A stretch of DNA of 64,000 nt from Phycisphaerae bacterium (GCA_022072405.1 JAJVHX010000022.1:22618-86617); one strand, 5' to 3'; shown: positions 21,005 to 32,035, counted from the first letter of the stretch. Notes: generated by a model from the letters alone, not told the origin. A program made the numbers and translations.

Positions 21005-22105
21005 GTGCCGCGTCGAAAATTAAAGTTACAACACGAAGTGGAAGAACTGTCCATCCTGGATGTGGATGGGCAGGTTGATACTGCTCTGGAACCGGCTCTA
21101 AATCATGACGAGTTATTGCGGATTTACCGGGCAATGGTTCTGACGCGTGAACTGGATGACCGTATGTTAAAGATGCAGCGCCAGGGGCGCATTGGTACTT
21201 TTGCCCCCTGCCGCGGTCAGGAAGCCACCCAGATCGGCTATATTTACCCCATGCAGAAAGAAGATTGGGTAGTGCCTTCATATCGTGCTCCCGGCGCTCA
21301 AATCTGGCGGGGTTGGCATCTGGAACAGATTCTGCTTTTCTGGAACGGTTACGAAGAGGGAGCCCGCACCCCTGAAGGGGTTAATGATTTACCTGTCGCG
21401 ATTCCTGTCGGCTCGCATCCGATCCTGGCGGCAGGGATTGGCATGGGAATGAAATTGCAAGGCACCAAACAGGTCGTGTTGACTGCTTTTGGTGATGGTT
21501 CGACTTCAGAAGGTGATGTGCTGGAAGCTTTCAATTTCGCCGGCGTCTACCAGGCTCCGGTCGTTTTTGTCTGCGAGAATAATCAGTATGCCATTTCTCT
21601 GCCCCGCGCCAAGCAGACCCGCGCAGAAACCATCGCCCAGAAAGCACTCGCCTTCGGGTATGATGGTATCAAGGTGGACGGCAACGATGTATTGGCGATG
21701 ATTGTGGTTACTACCGAGGCTGTTAACAAAGCCCGGCGGGGTGATGGGCCGACCCTGATCGAAGCCTTCACTTATCGCATGCAGATGCATACCACGGCGG
21801 ACGATCCCAAGAAATATCGTTCGGATGAAGAGGTTAAAGAGTGGGAAAAGAAATGCCCGCTACTGCGTTTTGAAAAATATCTGATAAACAAGAAAGCGGC
21901 TGATGAAAAGCTGCTGCAGGAAATTCATCAGGATGTGATCGATGAAGTGCAGGCCGGCCTGGAGCGGTTTGAAAAATGCTGCGTTCCCCAGCCCGACAAG
22001 TTATTTGATTATACGTACGCCCAATTAACGCCGGAGCTGCAGGCCCAGAAGGAAGAATTTCTGGCGATCCTCGCCCAGCGGGATTCTCGGAATCGGAAGC
22101 ATTGA
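21005..22105 (+). CDS. 2-oxoacid dehydrogenase E1 component alpha subunit (TPP-dependent; pyruvate/branched-chain type)
   Basis: TPP-binding motif GDGSTSEGDVLEAFNFAGVY...VVFVCENNQYAIS. Confidence 0.85.
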   Translation: MPRRKLKLQHEVEELSILDVDGQVDTALEPALNHDELLRIYRAMVLTRELDDRMLKMQRQGRIGTFAPCRGQEATQIGYIYPMQKEDWVVPSYRAPGAQIWRGWHLEQILLFWNGYEEGARTPEGVNDLPVAIPVGSHPILAAGIGMGMKLQGTKQVVLTAFGDGSTSEGDVLEAFNFAGVYQAPVVFVCENNQYAISLPRAKQTRAETIAQKALAFGYDGIKVDGNDVLAMIVVTTEAVNKARRGDGPTLIEAFTYRMQMHTTADDPKKYRSDEEVKEWEKKCPLLRFEKYLINKKAADEKLLQEIHQDVIDEVQAGLERFEKCCVPQPDKLFDYTYAQLTPELQAQKEEFLAILAQRDSRNRKH

Positions 22106-22168
22106 AGGTGCGTAAATGAGTTTTTAGCGGCAGCCTGTGGTGCTGTTGCCTGGATGGGATGAATCACA

Positions 22169-23149
22169 ATGGCTGAATTGACTATGGTCAAGGCGTTGAA
22201 TCTGGCACTCCATCAGAACATGGAGGCGGATCCGCGCGTTATCATCTGCGGTCAGGATGTCGGTCGAGATGAAGGGGTGTTTCGTGTTACCGAAGGGCTT
22301 TACAACCGCTTCGGGGAATCGCGGGTACTGGATTCCCCGCTGGCGGAGGCGGGTATTATCGCTACGAGCATCGGCATGGCTTTATATGGCTTACGGCCCA
22401 TCGCCGAAATTCAATTTTCCGGCTTTATTTATCAGGGTTTTCACCAGATCGAGCAGCACATGGCCCGCTTCCGCAACCGTACGCGCGGACGTCTTACCGT
22501 GCCGATGGTGCTGCGGGCTCCCTATGGGGGCGGCATCCGCGCGGTCGAACATCACAGTGAAAGCAAGGAAGCCTACTGGGTACACACGCCCGGTTTGAAG
22601 GTAGTCATTCCTTCCGGTCCTCGAGCCGCCCGCGCACTGCTCCATGCCGCGATTTCCGATCCTGACCCGGTCATTTTTTATGAACCCAAGATTCTCTATC
22701 GAGCCTTCCGCGAAGAAGTGCCCGATGAGCCCGAATCCTGGGAAATCGGTAAAGCCCGGATAGTTCGACCCGGCAATGATATTACGCTGATTTCCTATGG
22801 TTCTACGATGCGGGTTACCCAGGAAGCAGGTGACGACCTGGCCGATCTCCATAATATCGACGCCGAAGTGATTGACCTGATGACCATCAAGCCCATGGAT
22901 ACGGACACCATTGTCCAGTCTGTACGAAAGACCGGACGGGCGGTGGTGATTCATGAAGGGCATCGGACCTGTGGCGTCGGTGCGGAGATAATCGCGCGGC
23001 TGAATGAGCAGGCCTTCGATTATCTGGAAGCACCCATTCGCCGCGTCACTGGCTATGACATCCATTTCCCCTATTTCTCCTGCGAGCAGGTTTATCTGCC
23101 CGATGCAGAAAGGATTGTTCGGGGGGCGATGGATACCCTGAATTACTAA
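22169..23149 (+). CDS. 2-oxoacid dehydrogenase E1 component beta subunit (transketolase-like)
   Basis: Pyrimidine-binding and C-terminal transketolase domains. Immediately follows E1 alpha. Confidence 0.85.
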   Translation: MAELTMVKALNLALHQNMEADPRVIICGQDVGRDEGVFRVTEGLYNRFGESRVLDSPLAEAGIIATSIGMALYGLRPIAEIQFSGFIYQGFHQIEQHMARFRNRTRGRLTVPMVLRAPYGGGIRAVEHHSESKEAYWVHTPGLKVVIPSGPRAARALLHAAISDPDPVIFYEPKILYRAFREEVPDEPESWEIGKARIVRPGNDITLISYGSTMRVTQEAGDDLADLHNIDAEVIDLMTIKPMDTDTIVQSVRKTGRAVVIHEGHRTCGVGAEIIARLNEQAFDYLEAPIRRVTGYDIHFPYFSCEQVYLPDAERIVRGAMDTLNY

Positions 23150-23234
23150 GCCGCAGACCGGTTGCAGGTGCATTCGACTACAGATAATGAATCGTGCACT
23201 ATAATCCCCTGAGTTGTTTCCGGAGAATGTCAGC

Positions 23235-24551
23235 ATGTCAACTGATTTCAAATTGCCCGATCTGGGTGAAGGTATTCATGAAGCCCAGGTGATTCAGGTC
23301 CTTATCAAGGAAGGGGATCGCGTAGCGAGTGATCAGCCCCTCATGGAGGTGGAAACCGATAAGGCCGCCGTCGAAATCCCCTCGCCTCAGGCCGGGGTCA
23401 TTCAGAAAGTCCATGTCGCCGCCGGACAGACGGTGAACGTCGGGGCGGCGTTGGTGACCTTTGCTGATAACGGCCGCTCTGTCGCGACGGCTCCGGTGGC
23501 AGCGGCCGTGGCTCAGACTGCGGTGATTGCCCAGCCACCGCCCCCTGTGGCTGAAGCACGGACAGCAGTCGCAGCACCCATGCCGCCAGCCCGCACCGGC
23601 CAGCCGGCCAAAGTGGCTGCTTCTCCTGCGATCCGCCGCCAGGCGCGTGAAAATAACATCGACTTGCAGTCGATTAACGGCAGCGGCCCGGGCGGGCGGG
23701 TGACGCATGAAGATCTGGAACGTGTGCTTGCCGGTGGTTCGGCTGCCACGCCCGCTTCAGTACCGGCGAGTCGCCCGGAAAGCGGGGGGGCTGCTTCTAC
23801 TTCACTACCACTACCTGATGTCGGCGAGCTACCGGATTTCACCAAATGGGGCAAAGTCCGCCGCGAACCCATTCCGCAGATTCGCAAAACCATCGCCAAC
23901 CAGATGGTTCGGAGCGAAGCCGTCAACGTTCATGTCATGCATCATGACTTGGCGGATATTGAAATGCTCGAACAACTGCGCAAGGATCACAATGCCCGCA
24001 AGACGGAAGGCGATCCCAAGCTGACGCTGCTGCCGTTTATTATTAAGGCGATCTTCGCGGCGATGAAACGCTATCCCAAGTTTAATTGCAGCTTTGATCA
24101 TCTGCAAAATGAAATTGTCTACAAGGAATATTTTAATTTCGGTATCGCCGTGGATACGCCGCGTGGCCTGGTTGTACCGGTGATCCGCGATATCGATCGC
24201 AAGAGTATTCGCGACCTGGCCCGGGAATTAACCGCACTGGGTGAAAAGGCCCGCAAGGCCAGCTTTACTATTGATGAATTGCGCGGCGGCAGTTTCACGA
24301 TCACCAATATTGGCTCGCTCGGCGGGATCGTTTCGACTCCGATAATCAACTATCCCGAAGTCGCCATCCTGGGATTGGGTAAAGCCGACTACAAAGCGGT
24401 GGTGCGCGAAGGCAAGGTCGTCGCCCGCTACATGCTGCCCTTGAATCTGTCTTTTGATCATCGGGTGATCGATGGGGCCGACGCTGCCCGATTCACCGGC
24501 GAAATCATGGGTTATCTCGAAGTGCCCGGCCGGTTGCTGCTAGAAGATTAA
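23235..24551 (+). CDS. Dihydrolipoamide acyltransferase E2 (lipoyl domain, E3-binding domain, catalytic domain)
   Basis: Lipoyl-lysine motif VETDKAAVEIPSP, Ala/Pro-rich linkers, E3BD (PAIRRQARENNIDL), catalytic DHRVIDGA. Confidence 0.88.
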   Translation: MSTDFKLPDLGEGIHEAQVIQVLIKEGDRVASDQPLMEVETDKAAVEIPSPQAGVIQKVHVAAGQTVNVGAALVTFADNGRSVATAPVAAAVAQTAVIAQPPPPVAEARTAVAAPMPPARTGQPAKVAASPAIRRQARENNIDLQSINGSGPGGRVTHEDLERVLAGGSAATPASVPASRPESGGAASTSLPLPDVGELPDFTKWGKVRREPIPQIRKTIANQMVRSEAVNVHVMHHDLADIEMLEQLRKDHNARKTEGDPKLTLLPFIIKAIFAAMKRYPKFNCSFDHLQNEIVYKEYFNFGIAVDTPRGLVVPVIRDIDRKSIRDLARELTALGEKARKASFTIDELRGGSFTITNIGSLGGIVSTPIINYPEVAILGLGKADYKAVVREGKVVARYMLPLNLSFDHRVIDGADAARFTGEIMGYLEVPGRLLLED

Positions 24552-24631
24552 GACGGAATCTTTAATAACATTCGATCAGGATAATATTTTACTGTTTTTT
24601 CCCGCGACCTCGTTTTCGGAGTGAATCAGAC

Positions 24632-26047
24632 ATGGTGGTTGGTGAATTTGCCCAGGAAACGGATCTGGTGGTGATCGGCGGCGGTCCGGGCGGATATACC
24701 GCTGCGTTGCGTGCGGCTGCGCAGAAGCAGAAAGTGATTTTGGTGGATGAAAATGCCCAACTGGGCGGCGTCTGCCTGCGTGTCGGATGCATACCCTCCA
24801 AAGCCCTGCTGCATGTCGCGGATATTCTGCATGTGGCGGAGACCGCCCAGGAGAAGGGACTGGAATTCGCCAAGCCGAAGATCAACTTGGAAGCGATGCG
24901 GGCTTATAAGAACAGTGTCATTGATAAGTTGGCGGGTGGTGTCGCGGGATTATGCAAAAATTCCAAGGTTGAAGTAATCAAAGGTCGAGCAACTTTCCTT
25001 AGCAGTAAAGAGGTGCGCATCACCGACAGTATGAGCACCTCCGGCCGGGTGCGTTTCAAACGCGCCATCATCGCCACCGGCAGCGTGCCGATCCGCATCC
25101 CCAATATCAATATTGATGATCCTCGTGTGATGGATTCATCCGGGGCGCTGGATCTGGCGGATGTCCCGAAGAAATTACTGGTGATCGGCGGCGGTTATAT
25201 CGGATTGGAGCTAGGCCAGGTCTACGCTGCCCTGGGCAGTGAAGTGACCGTGGTTGAAATGCTCGACAGCATATTGATGGGGCTGGATGGCGATCTGGCG
25301 CGACCGCTATCCCGCCGTTTGCAACAGCAATTTACCGGCGGTACTCACCTGAAAACCAAAGTCACCCGGGTGCAGGCTGCCACGGAAGGCTTGCAGGTTA
25401 CATTTGAAGGCGAAGGTAAACCCACCGGCAATATTTATGATCGCATTCTGGTCAGTGTCGGCCGTAAACCCAATACCGCTGAACTGGGCCTGGAAAATAC
25501 CGATGTCAAACTGAACGAAAAAGGATTTGTTCAGGTTGATAATCAGCTGCGCACCAGTGACCAGAGGATTTTCGCGATTGGTGATATCGTTGGTAATCCG
25601 TTACTGGCGCATAAAGCCATCCGCGAAGGAAAAGTGGCTGCGGATGTCATCGCCGGCCAATCCAAAGTTGTCTTTGATAATGTAGCCATTCCCGCCGTGG
25701 TGTTCACTGATCCGGAGGTGGCCTGGGTGGGTATCACCGAAAAAGAGGCCAAGACCCAACAACTGAACATCATCGTTAAGAAAATGCCCTGGGGCGGCTC
25801 TGGACGCGCCGTATCGCTGGGCCGACCGGAAGGGCTGACCAAGATCATCGCTGATGCAAAAACCCAGCGCGTGCTCGGCGTTGGAATTACCGGTTCCCAT
25901 GCCGGTGAAATGATTGCGGAGGGTGCACTGGCCATCGAAATGGGCGCTACCATTGAAGATATAGCCATGACGATTCATCCCCATCCCACACTCTCCGAAA
26001 CCTATCAGGATGTGGCGGATATGTTCGGTGTGGGTGCAGTACATTAA
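24632..26047 (+). CDS. lpdA: Dihydrolipoyl dehydrogenase E3
   Basis: FAD motif VVIGGGPGGY, redox-active disulfide GGVCLRVGCIPSK, NAD motif, and C-terminal HPHPTLSE. Confidence 0.9.
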   Translation: MVVGEFAQETDLVVIGGGPGGYTAALRAAAQKQKVILVDENAQLGGVCLRVGCIPSKALLHVADILHVAETAQEKGLEFAKPKINLEAMRAYKNSVIDKLAGGVAGLCKNSKVEVIKGRATFLSSKEVRITDSMSTSGRVRFKRAIIATGSVPIRIPNINIDDPRVMDSSGALDLADVPKKLLVIGGGYIGLELGQVYAALGSEVTVVEMLDSILMGLDGDLARPLSRRLQQQFTGGTHLKTKVTRVQAATEGLQVTFEGEGKPTGNIYDRILVSVGRKPNTAELGLENTDVKLNEKGFVQVDNQLRTSDQRIFAIGDIVGNPLLAHKAIREGKVAADVIAGQSKVVFDNVAIPAVVFTDPEVAWVGITEKEAKTQQLNIIVKKMPWGGSGRAVSLGRPEGLTKIIADAKTQRVLGVGITGSHAGEMIAEGALAIEMGATIEDIAMTIHPHPTLSETYQDVADMFGVGAVH

Positions 26048-26282
26048 GGTGATTATCATCGCCGAGAGGCGCCTTACTGTTGACTAACCACATGAACAGA
26101 TTTTTTTTACTGGGTCCGATAGAAGGCCGGCTTATCTTCTGTCTTTCGTTTGCCCGATAACTGACCACCTTTCAGCTCCTGCCCAGCCTAATCACTTATT
26201 AAGACTGCTGTATATCCGACCGAAACGATAATGTGGTTCCGTCTCGGTATGCGGCGCCTCCGGTCTGCAGCCGGTTATCGAA

Positions 26283-28247
26283 TTGTATAGTCTTGTAATG
26301 GTGGTGGCTGAGGGTATGAACCCGCCAATCGCTCATCATCGTCCGCGCCAGGATGCGCATCGGCAGCATGTGCTGTTATCGCGGATTTTATATGTCATCA
26401 CCGGAGCGGTTCTGATCATTGGTACAGGATTGCTGATGAATTTTCGGCAGCAATATTCTCAACAGTCGAAATGGATCAATCAAACTCTAGCCGGCATCAT
26501 CGACATTCAGTCCGCAGCGGGCGATTTCAATGCCTTACTGGCTCAGTTTCATGCTGAAGTAAATCCCAACCCGTCCGCTGCCCTGCAGTTGCAGCACGCC
26601 CTCGATCGCATGGAAGATGGAGTAGTTGCCGTATTCAAAAAACCCCCGGACACTGCGGAATCGTTTTTCGAGTTACCACCTCTGCAGAACAAATTCAAAA
26701 TCCTGCAGGAAGCCTGGTCATCATTGCAATCGCAGGTTCAAGGACTGAATTACTCGTACCTACCGCGGGAATTGATCAACGTGCAGGAAACGCATGATCG
26801 TTTTCTTGTGCAGCTGAGCGGTGTAAGCCGTGGATTGATCGAAACCCAGGTCGGCAATGAATCCGCACGCAGCTGGATCGCCGGCATCATGTATATCTGG
26901 ATGTTGGCTTCGGCATTGTTACTGTTATGGTCGATCTGGTCATCTTCCAACAGCCGCCTGGAGACGCTCGCACTAAATATTCAGCTGGAGCGGCGAGTGG
27001 ACGATCGAACCCGCGAACTGGAACGGGCGAACCTGTTTCTCGGCAATGTCCAGTCATCGCTGGCCTCAGCACTGGTGGTCAGCGATGCGGCTGGACAAAT
27101 CGTTACCTGGAATTCCGCTGCTGAGCGTTTATGGAATTATCCTCGACCGGCTGCTCTGGGGCAGAACATCTTTCACTGGGAATTATTTAGCCAGACACCG
27201 GATTTGATTCAGGCATTACAGCAGGCCCAGCAGACCCAGCAATTGGTTTCCATACCGGAGATCACCCTTGAGGTTCAGCGGGAAAATCGCCGTTTCTGTC
27301 GATTATCCATTGCACCATTGGTCGGTCCCCGACAGCATCTGCATGGTTTGGTCGTTCTGGTTGATGATGTTACCGAACTGGTCACTGCTCGCCAGGAATT
27401 GGCCTCGCGTACGGATGAGGCGCAACATGCCAATCAGATCTTGCAGCGCGTCAATGGCGAACTGGAAAATTTTGTCTATGCCGCTTCGCATGATTTACGT
27501 TCTCCCCTGGTCAATCTCGAAGGATTAACGCGCAAGCTGGATAAATCCTGGCAGCAGGTCCATGAGGGCTTCCACCATGGAGCAGCCGATGTCGATTATG
27601 AAACCCTGCAACCGCTGCTGGATCACGACATTCCCAAAGCGCTGCAACGGATTCATACCAGCATCGCCAAGTTTGGCGGCATTATCGACGGCTTATTGCG
27701 GTTATCTCGCAATAACCGTCAGGAATTGAACTGGATTGAACTGGATATGAACCAGTTGGTAGCGCGCATGGTCGAAATGCACTCTGCCACGCTGGAGGCC
27801 AATGGTGTCGGCCTGTTTGTCGGTGAATTGCCCAACGCCTGGGGCGACCATGCGGTCGTGGATCAGGTCTGGTCCAACCTGTTTGAAAATGCCCTGAATT
27901 ATCTGGATTCCAATCGGGCCGGGGAAATCGTGCTCGAAGGTGAAAGGGGTGAGCGCTTCAATACATACTACGTGCGCGATAATGGTATCGGCATCGCTCC
28001 CGAACATATACATAAAATATTCCGCATCTTTGAACGTCTCCAGCCACAGCACTGTGCCGGTGAAGGTCTGGGGTTGGCGATCGTTAAAAGAATCGTCGAG
28101 CGTCACGGCGGAGAGATGGGCGTGGAATCTTCACCTGAACAGGGCACTTGTTTCTGGTTTACCCTGCCCGCACGAGAAGAATTCGTAATCCATCACAAGT
28201 CTATCTGGCCTCGTGATGCCCAGGCTGTTGCTGGAGATAATTCATGA
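26283..28247 (+). CDS. Membrane sensor histidine kinase (2 TM, PAS, HisKA, HATPase_c). Start likely at a later Met, about 26316
   Basis: H-box YAASHDLRSPL; N, G1 and G2 boxes (DNGIGI, GEGLGLAIV). Confidence 0.85.
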   Translation: MYSLVMVVAEGMNPPIAHHRPRQDAHRQHVLLSRILYVITGAVLIIGTGLLMNFRQQYSQQSKWINQTLAGIIDIQSAAGDFNALLAQFHAEVNPNPSAALQLQHALDRMEDGVVAVFKKPPDTAESFFELPPLQNKFKILQEAWSSLQSQVQGLNYSYLPRELINVQETHDRFLVQLSGVSRGLIETQVGNESARSWIAGIMYIWMLASALLLLWSIWSSSNSRLETLALNIQLERRVDDRTRELERANLFLGNVQSSLASALVVSDAAGQIVTWNSAAERLWNYPRPAALGQNIFHWELFSQTPDLIQALQQAQQTQQLVSIPEITLEVQRENRRFCRLSIAPLVGPRQHLHGLVVLVDDVTELVTARQELASRTDEAQHANQILQRVNGELENFVYAASHDLRSPLVNLEGLTRKLDKSWQQVHEGFHHGAADVDYETLQPLLDHDIPKALQRIHTSIAKFGGIIDGLLRLSRNNRQELNWIELDMNQLVARMVEMHSATLEANGVGLFVGELPNAWGDHAVVDQVWSNLFENALNYLDSNRAGEIVLEGERGERFNTYYVRDNGIGIAPEHIHKIFRIFERLQPQHCAGEGLGLAIVKRIVERHGGEMGVESSPEQGTCFWFTLPAREEFVIHHKSIWPRDAQAVAGDNS

Positions 28248-29926
28248 TCAATGAAACCCCTAACCTGCGCAAACCCACCATACTCATCATTGATGATGAC
28301 GAAATATTCGTCGAATTACTCAGCGACGAATTGAATCCCTATTTCGTAGTGGAATGGGCGCGGGATAGCCGGACTGCGTTACGCGCTATCGAACGGCAGA
28401 CGCCGGACTGCATTTTTCTCGACCAGAATCTGCCCGATCTGCTCGGGGTGCAGCTGATAGATGAAATTCGTAAGCTCGGCTGTGCCACGCCGGTTGTCAT
28501 GCTCACGGCTTCGCAGGATGTGCGCGTCGCTGCCGGAGCCATGCGCGCCGGCGCCGTCGATTTCGTGGTCAAGGATATCAATGAAGCGTTTTATGAAGAT
28601 CTGGTTCCCACTGCGATACGTGCAGTAGAAAAATGGAACAATGAGAAGGAACTGGACTACCTTCGAGATCAACAGCAGGAGCAGAACTCTCGAACATTGC
28701 AGTTGAACAACGAATTGGTGCAGAAAAACCGGGAATTGGAGCAGGCCTACGAAGACATAGCCGCCGCAGGTCAGCAACTGCAGAAGAAAAATCAACGCCT
28801 TTCGGAACTGTATGACACGGCGCATCGCTTTGTCGATAACGTGTCACATGAAATGCGCACACCGCTGACCGTGATCAAGGAATTTCTGGCGATTGTCATG
28901 GATGGCCTCGCCGGACCGATCAATGATCAGCAGGGCGAATATCTCCAGATTGCCATCGCCAAGACCAATGATCTGGCCCAGATGGTTGAGGATATGCTCG
29001 ATATCAGCAAGATTGAAGCCGGCCTGTTGCGGGTGGACCGCCAATGCTGTCAGGTCAACGACATTGTCTGCAGTATTCACCAGATCCTGGAACAGAAATC
29101 GCGCAGTTACCATCTGGAATTAAATTTTGAAGCGCCTGCTGATCTGCCTCCCGTCTACTGCGATCAGGAAAAAGTGGGACGCATTTTAATCAATCTGGTA
29201 GTCAATGCCATGAAGTTTTCACCGGAGGGCAGCCAGGTCCGGGTCTGCTTCCAATTGGCTGACACGAACGATGAAGTGCTGGTTAAGGTGTGCGATAATG
29301 GACCGGGCATTAGCCCGGAGCACCTGGAAGTCATCTTTGATCGCTTTCGCCAGGTGGGCGAGGGAACGCGCACCAGCACGAAAGGCTTTGGCCTCGGACT
29401 CAGTATCGTGCGCGAACTGGCCAACCTGAATCTCAGCGATGTTCGGGTCCAGAGTACCGTCGGTCAGGGCAGCACCTTCAGTTTTTCTCTACCGGTGTAT
29501 AACCCCCTTAAAATTATTGATCGATTCCTTCAACGTCATCATACCTATGCGCATCATGGTCAGAATCTGACTATCCTGCGCGGCTGGTGCGAACAACCCT
29601 CTCCCGAAATCAGCCAACATATTCGCAGCTTTGTCGTCCACCATTCTTCACCCTATGACCTCTGCCTCGAACAACCGCAACAGGGAATGGTATTGATACT
29701 CACCCTCGTTAATGATCCGCAGTCATATCTGCAGCGCTTATTATTGCATAATCGCGAAGAACTGCGCCTGTCTCCGGGAAGTACCGTGAATTTGAATTTT
29801 GAAATTCTGAAAACCTGGCCGCTGGAATCAAATCGACAGCGCCTGATTCAAGAAATACAAACGTGGGTGCCCGATACCACGATGGAGCAAGCGGATGTCC
29901 TGTCAACGCATCTTTATCGTGGATGA
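28244..29926 (+). CDS. Receiver-histidine kinase fusion (REC, coiled coil, HisKA, HATPase_c, C-terminal extension)
   Basis: REC with DFVVKD; H-box VSHEMRTPL; CDNGPGIS, GFGLGLSIV. 4-bp overlap with the upstream HK. Confidence 0.85.
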   Translation: MINETPNLRKPTILIIDDDEIFVELLSDELNPYFVVEWARDSRTALRAIERQTPDCIFLDQNLPDLLGVQLIDEIRKLGCATPVVMLTASQDVRVAAGAMRAGAVDFVVKDINEAFYEDLVPTAIRAVEKWNNEKELDYLRDQQQEQNSRTLQLNNELVQKNRELEQAYEDIAAAGQQLQKKNQRLSELYDTAHRFVDNVSHEMRTPLTVIKEFLAIVMDGLAGPINDQQGEYLQIAIAKTNDLAQMVEDMLDISKIEAGLLRVDRQCCQVNDIVCSIHQILEQKSRSYHLELNFEAPADLPPVYCDQEKVGRILINLVVNAMKFSPEGSQVRVCFQLADTNDEVLVKVCDNGPGISPEHLEVIFDRFRQVGEGTRTSTKGFGLGLSIVRELANLNLSDVRVQSTVGQGSTFSFSLPVYNPLKIIDRFLQRHHTYAHHGQNLTILRGWCEQPSPEISQHIRSFVVHHSSPYDLCLEQPQQGMVLILTLVNDPQSYLQRLLLHNREELRLSPGSTVNLNFEILKTWPLESNRQRLIQEIQTWVPDTTMEQADVLSTHLYRG

Positions 29927-30290
29927 CGATCGCCAGGTTTCGCTGGCTTTGTGTATTCGGCTGAAAGCCAGCGGATACGATGTGGCTGCGGCTTTTGATG
30001 GTGAATCAGGCCTCCAGCAGATGCGCCAGTATGTCCCGCACCTGGTCCTGTTGGACATCCGTCTGCCCGGAATCGATGGAATCGAAGTGATGCAGCAGAT
30101 GAAACAGGATGGCGATTTATCCCAGATACCGGTGATCTTTGTCTCCGCTAATGCCCAGGAAAAATCACGCCGTGCCGCCTTGCAGGCGGGAGGGCGACTG
30201 TTTCTGGAAAAGCCTTTTGATGCCCGTACGCTTTTGCAGGCGATTCAGAATGTATTGAATGAGCAGCCGCAACCCGGAGCCCATGCATGA
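29895..30290 (+). CDS. Single-domain response regulator (CheY-like REC)
   Basis: REC fold with phospho-acceptor Asp in LVLLDIRLPGIDG. Confidence 0.85.
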   Translation: MSCQRIFIVDDDRQVSLALCIRLKASGYDVAAAFDGESGLQQMRQYVPHLVLLDIRLPGIDGIEVMQQMKQDGDLSQIPVIFVSANAQEKSRRAALQAGGRLFLEKPFDARTLLQAIQNVLNEQPQPGAHA

Positions 30291-31129
30291 ATTCCCCACT
30301 CATTCTGATCGCTGATGACGACCCGATGCTGGTGCGTGTGCTCAGCGTGCGCTGTCAACACCTGGGTTGCGCGATTGAAACGGCAGCCGAGGGGCGGGAA
30401 GTGATCATTCGCATTCATCAGCATCGTCCAGACCTGATCATCATGGATCTCGACATGCCCAACAGCAGCGGTTTGAATATTTACGAAATGCTGGCGGCGG
30501 ATATGCGGTGGCGGACCATTCCGGTGATCATTCTCAGCGGGCAGCGTGATAATCGATCACGGGCCCGCGCGGAAGAACTGGGAGCGCGCTGGGTGACCAA
30601 ATCGCCTGATTGCTGGGCGGAGATTCGTGAGTACATCCAACAGGTCTTACAGCTATCCGGGTCAGGCTGCTATAAAAGCCAGACCGGTGAACAGCTGGTT
30701 GATGAACCGGCAGGTAAATCTGCTGATGCCCGCCCACTGATCCTGGTGGTGGATGACGATCAAGCGGTTTCGCGCGCTATTGATATTCGTCTGGAAGCGA
30801 ATGGTTATCATGCGGTATGTGCGCGCAGTGGCGCCCAGGCCTTATTCCTCGCCCAGGAACGAAAGCCGGCGCTGATCACTCTCGACCTGGGGTTGCCGGA
30901 AATCGATGGGTTGCAGCTCCTGCGTAGCCTGCGTGATGACCCAGCCACCCAGTCGATTCCCGTGATCGTGTTAACCGGCAATACCCAGACGCAGGTACGG
31001 GAAGAGTTTCAGCGGTTGGGAGTGGCTGCCTTTATGACCAAGCCATTCAGTACCCGCGATGTTTTGCGCCGGATTGAAGAGATACTCGGCATGGCCGATC
31101 TCACCGTTCAAAAAGGAAAGTTGTCATGA
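30287..31129 (+). CDS. Response regulator with two tandem REC domains, no output domain
   Basis: Two REC units (LIIMDLDMPNSSG; LITLDLGLPEIDG). Confidence 0.8.
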   Translation: MNSPLILIADDDPMLVRVLSVRCQHLGCAIETAAEGREVIIRIHQHRPDLIIMDLDMPNSSGLNIYEMLAADMRWRTIPVIILSGQRDNRSRARAEELGARWVTKSPDCWAEIREYIQQVLQLSGSGCYKSQTGEQLVDEPAGKSADARPLILVVDDDQAVSRAIDIRLEANGYHAVCARSGAQALFLAQERKPALITLDLGLPEIDGLQLLRSLRDDPATQSIPVIVLTGNTQTQVREEFQRLGVAAFMTKPFSTRDVLRRIEEILGMADLTVQKGKLS

Positions 31130-31956
31130 CGACATCAACAGCCCTGCTGGTCAAACGCATCCTGATTGTTGACGACGAGGAAAATGTCGTCCGCGCTTTG
31201 GCCATTCGTTGTCAGCAGCTGGGACTCCTGGTCGACAAAGCCAATAACGCTCTCGAAGCCCTGACCATTCTCAAACGAGAGCCGATCCCACCGGACCTGT
31301 TGCTGCTGGATTTTAATATGCCCGGTGCCGATGGCTTGACCCTCTGTGATATGTTGAAAACGGATACCACTTTGGCACCGCTGCCGGTGATTCTGCTGAC
31401 CGCCTATGATAATGACCAGATTCGTCGCCGTTGCGAAATGCTGGGAGCCTACTACGTCCGCAAAGATGTCGATGCCTGGAAACAGCTCCAGAAAATCATC
31501 TCGCGATTGCTGGATTTACCGAATGACGCATTACCCGAGTCAGCCGTCCGCTATGAACGCTCCCATGAACCTGCATCTCCCGCAACGTCTGCGGGAAAAA
31601 TACTGGTTATTGATGATGATCCGATGATGATTTCGATGCTGAAAACGCGATTAAAACATAATGGTTATCAGGTTATTTCAGCCATGAGCGGCATGCAGGG
31701 TTATTGGTTGGCCATCAAGGAAGAGCCGGATCTCATTTTGCTCGATTTCAAAATGCCCAATGCCTGGGGAAACACGATACTTGGAAAACTGAAATCAGAC
31801 CCGCTCACCCGTAAAATTCCTGTGTATATCGTCTCGGGCATTTCCGACCTTGGTTTACAGCGCGATGTGCTGCGTCTGGGGGCTATGGCGTGGATTACAA
31901 AACCATTTGATAGTGGCGAGTTACTTAAAATTATTCAAAAGGAATTGGCACGATAG
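31126..31956 (+). CDS. Response regulator with two tandem REC domains, no output domain
   Basis: Two REC units (LLLLDFNMPGADG; LILLDFKMPNAWG). Confidence 0.8.
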   Translation: MTTSTALLVKRILIVDDEENVVRALAIRCQQLGLLVDKANNALEALTILKREPIPPDLLLLDFNMPGADGLTLCDMLKTDTTLAPLPVILLTAYDNDQIRRRCEMLGAYYVRKDVDAWKQLQKIISRLLDLPNDALPESAVRYERSHEPASPATSAGKILVIDDDPMMISMLKTRLKHNGYQVISAMSGMQGYWLAIKEEPDLILLDFKMPNAWGNTILGKLKSDPLTRKIPVYIVSGISDLGLQRDVLRLGAMAWITKPFDSGELLKIIQKELAR

Positions 31957-32035
31957 CAGCGATTTTATTAAATAATGCCCTCGCATAAATCTGGCTTTTT
32001 GATTTAATTCTAAAAAAATTTGTAAAGTCATACTT

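Noticed and set aside
22391-23708. Antisense ORFs over the E1-beta and E2 genes
   Set aside because: Sense-strand products are highly conserved 2-oxoacid dehydrogenase subunits
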